From Octopus vulgaris (taxonomy: Eukaryota): DNA of 64,000 bases. The translations under genes were made by a program, and so were the position numbers. The stretch lies in the NCBI GenBank assembly GCA_951406725.2, contig OX597816.1, forward strand, positions 128,898,001 through 128,962,000, read 5' to 3'. Every line of letters starts with the position of its first letter. Positions within the stretch are counted from its first letter, which is position 1. The notes under the pieces are model-generated. The model worked only from the letters and a program-made list of their open reading frames with translations. It was not told where the DNA came from and ran no database searches. Positions 55,384 through 64,000 of this stretch are shown here, in pieces.

Positions 55384-55419
55384 CTTTGACATTTCAAGCC
55401 TACACTCTTCGACAGAAAG
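55384..55419 (-). ncRNA. Very small hammerhead-like motif with variant core
   Basis: Minus: cttt-CTGTCGA-agagt(gtag)gctt-GAAA-tg-TC-aaag; flanking sequence related to 35665-35725. Confidence 0.5.
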
Positions 55420-55525
55420 GATTAAGGGGGAAAATGGAGAGGAAAAAGAATGTTTAGGGATTAACAGTTCAACATGATATACATATTTATATGTATATCA
55501 CGACCTGTTATATATGCGGGAAGTT

Positions 55526-56250
55526 GAGGTTATAAGAGATAATGGTGTCATTAAGACCCAAAGGTGTCAGGTAATGCTGAATAAGTACTATAGACAGACC
55601 AAAGTTAAGTTCCAGATTCGGTAATATTGCGAATAAAGGGTTCAATGTTGGTTCTATGTCAGCGTGTGTATATATGAATTTTTTTGCGTAATGACATAAA
55701 AAACCAAGGCTGTACAGATATTAGAGCATTTATAGATAGAAGGTCTTACAGCTGTTTCTAGAATATTAATTAATAATATCCCTTCATCGGAGATGGTATG
55801 AGAGGAAAAGTTAAGTCAGTTAGTTTTGATGTGATACAAATAGAGAGTGAGGTGGAGGAAAGAAAACAGATGTAAGATATGTATGTTTATTGAGTTCATA
55901 AATCCGTTTTATATGCATAATGGTATATATGTGCAATATTCCAATATCCTTTGAGTAAAATCCAAAAGTCCAACAGAGTTTAATATGAGTCCATCCAGAT
56001 GTAAAGTTTATAAGCAATGTAAGATTCTCTTAAAGTTGGTCATTCCGAGTAGAGAATTTATATAGAATGTAGCAGATTCAGGTTTGTGTTTAAACTAAGA
56101 GTGGAGATGAGTGGCATAGCGTTGCTTAAAGTTTGTTGTTGATCCTATGTATATGGCTGTAGAGTTGTGTAATCGGTTAAACTAACGAAGAATGGAGATG
56201 AGTGGCATATCGTTGCTTAAAATTTTTGTTGATCCTATGTATATGGTATC
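55526..56250 (-). mobile_element. Penelope-like retroelement 3' end: GIY-YIG endonuclease fragment plus hammerhead-bearing terminal repeat
   Basis: Minus: IYIGSTTNFKQRYATHLHS (present twice, ~56100-56157 and ~56190-56247); downstream repeat homologous to 45868-46262. Confidence 0.82.
55743..55794 (-). ncRNA. Minimal hammerhead ribozyme, CCGAUGA core variant
   Basis: Minus: atct-CCGATGA-agggatatt(ataatt)aatattcta-GAAA-cagctg-TA-agac. Confidence 0.75.
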
Positions 56251-58227
56251 TCTTATATTTGTGCTTACATGTGCATTATGATGACAGTGGTAGTGTACGT
56301 GTGTGTGCATGTATGTGTGTGCTTATGTGTAAGTGTGTGGGTGTGTACAAATATGTGAATGTGACTATTTCTCAATGTAATAACACATGTGCATGTGTGT
56401 GTATGCATGTTTGTGTGTATGTGTGGATGTTAATGAGCATGAAGGTTTGTCGATGAAGGGTAGCCTGAAAGTTGTCGCTGATTCAATGAAAAACCAGCAC
56501 AATATTCTCTCCTCTCTTCTTTCTCTTTCTCTCTTTCCAGTTCTCATTTCTCTCCCCTCTCCCTCTTTTTTGATCTTCATCTTCACATTTCAAAAGTAGC
56601 ATGATGTTTTGTAAGTGACAAGAAGAAAATGAGTCAATGTGTTAGTGCAGGCAACTTTTGTATGGTGATGTCAGCATATAAGATTCTGTATTTCAAGGAC
56701 AGTGTTCCACAATTAGACAAGTTCATGTTGGAACTTTTGATTCTTGATCAATGTTTAACTCCAAGACCTTATAATTCCTTTCAAATCATCCTGAGAACAG
56801 CTTATGATGCTTGTAATCTTAGTTACAACATATACATAGATTAAGCACTACACACACTTCAAATCCAGGCATGTATTTGATACTAAATCTTTTGAACAAT
56901 AAAACAAACCTCAACAATATTTTATAGCTATTCTCACTTGCTACCGTTGTGCTACACATTCTCAATGAAAACAAACATACACATAAATAATATGACATAC
57001 AGTGCTAAAAATAATAGGACTGAACAAAGTCTTTGATGGAAAATTTTTCCATTTTTACCTTGGGAAACTCTACTTAAGCAGACATTCAGAAAACAATTAA
57101 GTTTACAGTGGAAGGAGATAAAGGAGATAATAAGACCTTATAAGATAAGCATGACTTTAGATTCAAATCCAGAATTTCTCACAACAAAACAAAAACTTGG
57201 ATGCCTTCAAAAATTACCTTCTCAATTCAATTAGAACTATAAAGTTCAGATGCAGAGCTAATAACTTTCTGCACAAGCTGAAGTCAAATATATAAAATCT
57301 ATAATCTAAACTCCCCTAAAAGTGTAATTGCATTTGCTGAATAGGAATCACAGAATAGCTTTTAAAATATTACCAAGACCATTCTAACAGCTGTCACCAC
57401 TATCTGGTAAACAACAGAGGCTTTCCAAAATTCATATGGTGCTCTAGTGGTGTAGCAAAATTTATAGACATTTACAAAGGTAATTGCGTATGAAACACCA
57501 ATGTTTAGAAATGGGCCAATATACTATAAATGAGGTGTCATCATTTGCCATCTCATTCAAATTCTAAAAAAAAAAAACTAAAAAACTGAAATAATTTCGA
57601 AATGGTGCTATAAGACCAAAAAGTTCTGAAGCTGACATGCCCAATGCATGCAGAATAATGGTTTCAAATTTTGGCATAAAATGAGAAATTTCAAGGGGAG
57701 GAGGTTAGACAATTACATCAACCCCAGTACATGACTGATACTTTATTCTGTCAGCCCTGGAGGGAATAAAAGCAAAGTTGATCTTGCCAGGATTTGAATT
57801 TTAAAAGAAACGTCACTAAGCATTTCATGCAAAACACTAGATAACATTTTCACATCATAAGTAATATAACTGGTTGAAGACAATGTGAGCTATGTCATCT
57901 AAGTCTTTTGACCATTTTTCACTATTTCTTTCAACCCTCTAATAAATTTAGCCAAATGGAGCATTCTCTAGAAATGTACTCATAACTATTTTTTAAGCAA
58001 TTGCAAAAAGCACAATTCACTGAATTATTGTCACTTACATTAGTAAAAATACCTGGCATAGTTAAAACTAATAATTGTGATCAAGTGAAGGAGAGAGAAA
58101 AAAAAACATTACGCAGGTAATTCAGAACATAGCCCCCAACATTTAGAAATTTTCAAAAGTTGCTGATTGTATGGAATTATTTAGTATGGGTCGTGGTGGT
58201 GGCGGCGGCGGTGACAGCAACAACAGT

Positions 58228-58390
58228 GGGTTTCTTTCAGCTTCTGTCTATCAAATCCACTCACAAGGCTTTAGTTAACCCAGAGCTATTGTAGAAGACA
58301 CTTGCCCAAAATGCCATGCAGTGGGACTGAACCAAGAATCACGTGGTTAGGAAGCAAACATTTTGCTGCACTGTCACACTTGCACCTATA
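58228..58390 (-). mobile_element. SINE family A 5' half
   Basis: caaatccactcacaaggcttt..gtagaagacacttgccc..gtgggactgaacc. Confidence 0.8.
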
Positions 58391-59461
58391 ACAACATGAA
58401 ATGATAACAGTTATCTTTTATTATATCGCAAAGAAATCAAGTTTATTTCCTTAAATGCTTGTACTCTACTGTTAATCAAGATAACTCTCAACAAGACAGA
58501 TATAGTCTGTTATGAGTCTGTCCATTGCCGGTCAGATTAATTTGTGCTTATCATATATCTCTACCACATGACCTAATTATACTGTCAAAGCTACAGGTGG
58601 CAGGCAACTTCTATATCTCCCCAGTCTGCACTGTAGAGAATCATAGATTAATACCCATTTCTATTTGAGAACCAAGCATATGAGACTGTCATTCCCAACT
58701 CTACTTCTTAAGAAAGAAGTTTATTAGAATTTCAAAAAGAGATCAAAGATCAAAATTAGGTAATAATAATTTCCAACTCTGGATTAAAGAGTAGTCAAAT
58801 TTTCCAACTAAGGATTAAAGAATTAAGTAAGTTCTAAATATATTCTTGTGGAAAAGACGATTTGTGTGATTTCCCATTCTTTTAACATACACATTTAATG
58901 TGTCATTCTGAGTTCATTCTGAGTTAATAAACCATTTCAAATCACAATTTCAAATCTTGATCTAAAAGATATTTCTTTTATGTCCTACATTAGATCTGGA
59001 AGAAAAGCAACTCTAAGAATTTTGCCCACTTCCTTCTAGTAACGGTGAACTAAATACACCAGATGCATTTCAAATTTCTGTCTCTGACAACTTAATTACT
59101 CTATTAATTTATAATAATGTGTTATTCAAGAAATATGAATATGGAAAAGGTTATATTTAATTTGGCAGAATGGTTAAAGTATCAGACAAAAATACTTTGC
59201 TGTATTTAATTAAACCCCTTTACTTTCTGATTTCAAATTCCCCAATTTACTGGGCTTGATATAGGAAGTACCATTCAGATATTAATTGCCTTTACTCTCT
59301 CCTCAAAATTTTTGGGCTTTCTGCCTATGTTAGAAATCATTATTATTTCCTCATTTTACATTACAAAGCAAAGAAGTTTCACTATACGGAAGTATATTTA
59401 CATATTTGAACACATACATACATATGTATACATACAAGTGTGTGTGTGTGTGTGTATGTAA

Positions 59462-59493
<32 letters not shown>

Positions 59494-59501
<8 letters not shown>

Positions 59502-60121
59502 ATAATAACAATAATCCTTGAACAGAATTTATAAACATTTAATGCATTGCTAGGTGCATTTCCACAAGTCATATATCCCTTAAGATCCCAGTCCATATTC
59601 CTGGGATGATTACAATGTAGTCCGTAGTATCTGTGGGCATCAGCTTGATTATCTTTATGGATTCATTTCTTCAGGTGATATAACGTTAATGGAGGGATGT
59701 TTATCCTATTTGACTAATGTTTATCCCTTTTGACCTATGCACTGGTCAAAGGGGATAAACATCCCTGTGTTAAACATCCATTAATGTTATATCATCTGAA
59801 GAAATGAATCCATGAAGATAATCAACCTGATGCCCACAGATACTATGGACTATACTGTAGTCATCCCGGGTATACGGACTGTTATCTTAAGAGATATGTG
59901 ATTTGTGGAAATGTGCATAGCAATGCATTAAATGTTTATAAATTACATTCAAAGATTATTGTTATTATTACTATATCTATCCTACATTATATCAGTATAG
60001 CTTGATGCAACCTCAAAAAACTGGTTTAGAAGTCAGCATCATTAGATTGTGGCTGTCATCCTGGAATAGAAGCTTTATTTGCATATTCAAAATGTTTCCC
60101 ATAGACAAATTTAAAAGATAT
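59494..60121. mobile_element. Large fold-back element (~240-bp imperfect arms, 8-nt loop) plus extension
   Basis: 59494-59735 is the reverse complement of 59744-59976; right arm and extension are homologous to 34823-35215. Confidence 0.85.
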
Positions 60122-60151
60122 GTATATGTATGTATGTATATATATGTATGT

Positions 60152-60190
<39 letters not shown>

Positions 60191-60535
60191 AAAGATGGAT
60201 GGATGGATGGATTTACTGTGAGGTGAATATTGGAATCATACACAAAGTTTTTGACAAAATTGGTGACATGGATATCACAGAAACTACAGCTGTTGTTGCC
60301 TCATTCACCTTCACTGGATTCTGTGATTTTCACCAATAATTTGGTGCACATAATCAATGTCCATTCCACAGCAAGATTATATGTTTCAAACATATAAACT
60401 ATACATTTACTAAATTTGTAAAGTTAACAATAGGGTAAATCCATATTTTTTAGTCATGACTGCATTTATAAAACTAACTAAATTTATTATATACAATGGA
60501 CAATCATAAACATCTGTTCTGTTTATACAATTTCA

Positions 60536-60745
60536 ACACGCCGGGCAAAATGCTTAGCGGTATTTCGTCTACCGTTACATTCTGAGTTCAAATTCCACCG
60601 AGGTCAACTTTGCCTTTCATCCTTTCGAGGTCGATAAATTAAGTACCAGTTACACACTGGAGTCGATATAATCTACTTAATCCATTTGTCTGTGCTTATT
60701 TATCCCCTCTATGTTTAGCCCCTTGTGGGCAATAAAGAAATAATA
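60536..60745 (+). mobile_element. SINE family B copy
   Basis: Close match to 45260-45460. Confidence 0.88.
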
Positions 60746-60794
60746 AAAAAAAAAAATAAGAGAAGGGATCAACAGTCTTATCTTTTTCTTGCCT

Positions 60795-61013
60795 TTTTTA
60801 TTTGTTTCAGTCATTAGACTGCAACCATGCTGGGGCACTGTCTTGAGGAACTTTAAGTTGAATGAATCAACCCCAGTACTTTATGTTTTTTTTAAGCCTG
60901 GTACTTATTCTATCAGTGTCTTTAGTTGAGCCACTAAGTTACAAGGAAGTAAACACATCAACACTGGTTGTCAAGTGGTGGTGGGGACAAACAAAGACTC
61001 AAAGACACACACA
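60795..61013 (-). mobile_element. SINE family A 3' half
   Basis: ttgtttcagtcattagactg...gtacttattctatc...ggggacaaaca. Confidence 0.8.
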
Positions 61014-61230
61014 CAAGGGAATGCTGAAAAGTTCCTGGCTTTGGGTAAAAGAAAATACAGGAGGATCAGTTAATTATGATTTTATACAACATATTCCCCA
61101 CTCAGATTCACACACTTATTGCAGCAGTCCTTCAGTTTTTCTAAGCCCTGTAAAAGAACTTGGAGGTTTGTGCCTCCAACCATGCCTTTCATGATACTCT
61201 TAAAGCCAGGAAATCTTCAACATTCCCTTG
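61014..61230. mobile_element. Mariner-derived MITE (~217 bp, ~29-bp TIRs)
   Basis: caagggaatgctgaaaagttcctggcttt / aaagccaggaaatcttcaacattcccttg; internal minus-strand CNKCVNLSGEYVV* resembles a mariner C-terminus. Confidence 0.82.
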
Positions 61231-61334
61231 TGTGTGTATGTGTATATATATATATACTTTTTTTTCTTCTATACATTTCAACCTGTAGTAGAGAATTAAT
61301 AATAATGGTATACACCATCCCACCACATGTGACA

Positions 61335-62700
61335 AAGATACTACAGAAGATATGAGCAAATCTTCAAGACAGAATGTAAAGATTGGGACAAGGAGATGAT
61401 AACTCGCTTCATCCTGAGAAAACTGATGCCTACAGAACATGAACAATACAGTAATTTTGTACTCCCAAGAAAACCGTCTGACATAAAGTTTAAGGACACA
61501 ATAGATATATTGTGTAAGATTTTCAGTGGAAAGCTCCTTGTTTAACACAGTTGAAGTGTCCGAACATAGAGAAAAATAGTAACAAGGGCTACATCACATA
61601 TGCTGGTAGAGTAAACAAGGAATGCGAGAAGTTCGAGCTGGATGAGTTAACTATAGATATGTTCAAATGCCTGATTTTTACACAGGGACTAACTGCCGAA
61701 AAGGATGCAGAAGTCAGAACTAGAATTCTTGAAAAGCTGGAGCAAAGCCAGGATATAATCCTGCAAAAAGTGTCTGAAGAATGTGAAAGGATACTTAAAT
61801 TAAGACATGACACAGAGGAAATTGAAAGTAAAGATTGTTTCCAAGTAAAACCAGTGCAGTATAGTTTGAATAGAGATAATGTGTTTTCTAAAAAACATGA
61901 CAAATATCAGGATTTAAACCCATATTTTGCATGTGGTGGTATGCACCTTAGGAAAAATTGTCCATTTAAAAACGCAGAGTGTTTTCATTGAGGAAATATA
62001 GGACATATAAAGTCGCACTGTAGAATGAAGATGATGAAATGTCAAAAGAAGGGTAAAAAAATAAATAGTTTGTCATTGGGAAAAAAAAAAAGTGATACAA
62101 CAAACAGAAAATTCGTACATGTGAAAATTTAAAATACAAGAGTAAAATTGAAATTCGACACAGGTAGGGACATGACTAATATAAATGAAAAGACATGGAA
62201 ATGTATCTGTAAGCCAAAATTAATTAAATCTAAAAAGGTAGCACATGGTGTTGTGGGAAAATGATTATATTTTATTGGTGAATGCATATGTAATGTAACA
62301 TTTTGAGGTCAAACAAAAAAGGCTAAGATATATGTATTAAATCATTCACTTAATTTATTTGGCACAGAGTGGATACAACTATTTAATTCATGGGATATAC
62401 CCATAAGTGTTTTGTGTTGAAATATAGTTGCCTCAGTTGAAGGTTCAAATGAGGCCAAAGGACTGAAACAAAAAGTTGCAGTAAAACACGAAACACCTGT
62501 ATGTAGGCCAAAAAGAAATGTACTGTCTACAGCAATAGACCAGGTTAACAAAGAACTGGAAAGACTGGAAAGTCTTGGTATAACTGAAAAGAATGACCAT
62601 GCAGACTGGGCAACAGCAATGGTTTATGTGAAAAAGAAGAATGACAAATGAAGAGTTTGTACAGTTTTTTCAACAAGGGCAAATGATGTTTAAGTCGCAC
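61335..62700 (+). mobile_element. Ty3/Gypsy LTR-retrotransposon gag-protease-RT start, decayed
   Basis: YAGRVNKECEKF..FKCLIFTQGL..; zinc knuckles CGGMHLRKNC and CFH*GNIGHIKSHC; protease FDTG; RT start ELERLESLGI..DWATAMVYVKKKN. Confidence 0.85.
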
Positions 62701-63472
62701 ATGCTCACATTTGTTAAAAATTAACACACATTATGGCTTATGTGAGAACTCTAGTTGTATGCTGTTCGTGATTAAAGGTGAAGGAGGTAATTATGTTTTT
62801 TTATATGAATCCTGTTTATGTTTTCTTACTGGTACTCTAATTATTGTTCTTGTTGCTCTTGGTTTTGTTTAAACTCAGGTCAACCTTAATGAAAGTGTTT
62901 CAACCATGAACAACATATATTCCTACTGGACATTACACATCTACAACTAAGGTGTGTAAGGTAGTAGTGTGTAATCAGAGTGGTATTTAGCTGCTATTAC
63001 TAGCAAGTTCAGTGTCCACTACAAGAACTTTCATTAGCTCTTAGTGTGTCTGGAGAAGAGACACTATTAACAATAATGGAACAATTACCAAAATGCAAAT
63101 TAGCTTCCTACTAGTAAGATAAACATCATTTTCTCTATAGCTGCATGCTGTAACAGAATCTGGTAAAGGTTAATGAGCCAGAAACTGCTACAGTTGTTCC
63201 AGTATACATGCAATTTGGCCCAAGTACTTAGGTTATATGCTGTAATTCCTTTCACAAAAAGATTTCAAATGCTCAAATTTAGGAAACTGAACATCACTTA
63301 AATGTATATGATGTATGGCATCTCACACACATACACACACATATATACATATGCTTATATACATAAACACACACAAGAGCACACACATGCATACACACAC
63401 ACACACACACACATCATATATCCAAAATAGAAGTACACTCTAAAGCATATAGAAGTAATGTATTAAAAGTAA

Positions 63473-63877
63473 TTGAGTCTATGTCTGGTCATTGAGTGAA
63501 CAATGGTTTTGCACCCACAAAGGGCTTAGCGCTGTGGACGGCCCATCAGACACTAAAGCCAAAGACAAAGTGTAATTTTTCATCTCTTGGAGGCAGGAAC
63601 CCGTTATGATCAGTTGGTCAATAAGTCACCAAAGAATAAATATTCTGGGATCAGCAAGGACAGGTTGTTTGTTCTAAGGGAGGTGACCTGTCCTTGCTGA
63701 CCTGGGAGAATTTATTCTTTGGTGACTTACTGACCAACTGATCATTAGAAGTTCCTGCCTCCAAGAGATGAAGAGTTACATTTGTCTTTGGCTCTAGAGT
63801 CTGATGAGTTGTCCATGGGGCTAAGCCCTTTGTGGGTGCAAAACCATTGGTCATTCTATGACCGGACATAGACTTAA
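63473..63877. mobile_element. Fold-back element (~190-bp arms, 20-nt loop) with a hammerhead motif in each arm
   Basis: Arms 63473-63665 and 63686-63877. Confidence 0.88.
63796..63857 (+). ncRNA. Hammerhead ribozyme motif with GAAA changed to AAAA (mirror copy on minus at ~63490-63551)
   Basis: agagt-CTGATGA-gttgtccat.ggggc(taa)gccc.tttgtgggtgc-AAAA-ccattgg-TC-attct. Confidence 0.7.
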
Positions 63878-64000
63878 CTACACAAATATGTATATATATA
63901 TATATATATATATCATTCCCATTGTTTTGATATCTACTTTCCCATACTTGCAAGGGCCAGATGGAATTCATTGAAGCTGATTTTCTATGGCCAGATGCCT

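Noticed and set aside
59828-59925. Hammerhead call in the 59.5-kb palindrome
   Set aside because: Core reads CUGAUGC and stem I cannot be formed; mentioned only as a tentative resemblance

Overview
AT-rich (by eye), microsatellite-saturated animal genomic DNA with no supportable host gene; it is probably intronic or intergenic. The repeat content (a tRNA-derived SINE with an internal microsatellite, RTE LINEs with (GAT)n tails) looks like an Octopus or other coleoid cephalopod genome, which is an inference. Identifiable content is almost all transposon-derived: RTE, CR1/L2-like and R4-like LINE fragments, a Penelope GIY-YIG fragment, a Gypsy gag-pol relic, rearranged mariners, MITEs and at least four SINE families. 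Two signals stand out. (1) About a dozen minimal type I hammerhead ribozyme motifs from several apparently unrelated families, most with a palindromic stem III. Several sit inside fold-back Penelope-like terminal repeats, and a CCGAUGA core variant recurs in two families. (2) A complete C4HC3 PHD finger inserted inside the reverse-transcriptase domain of the RTE LINE, seen in three copies. Nearly all ORFs in the supplied track are microsatellite artefacts. All coordinates were read by eye and may be off by a few bases.
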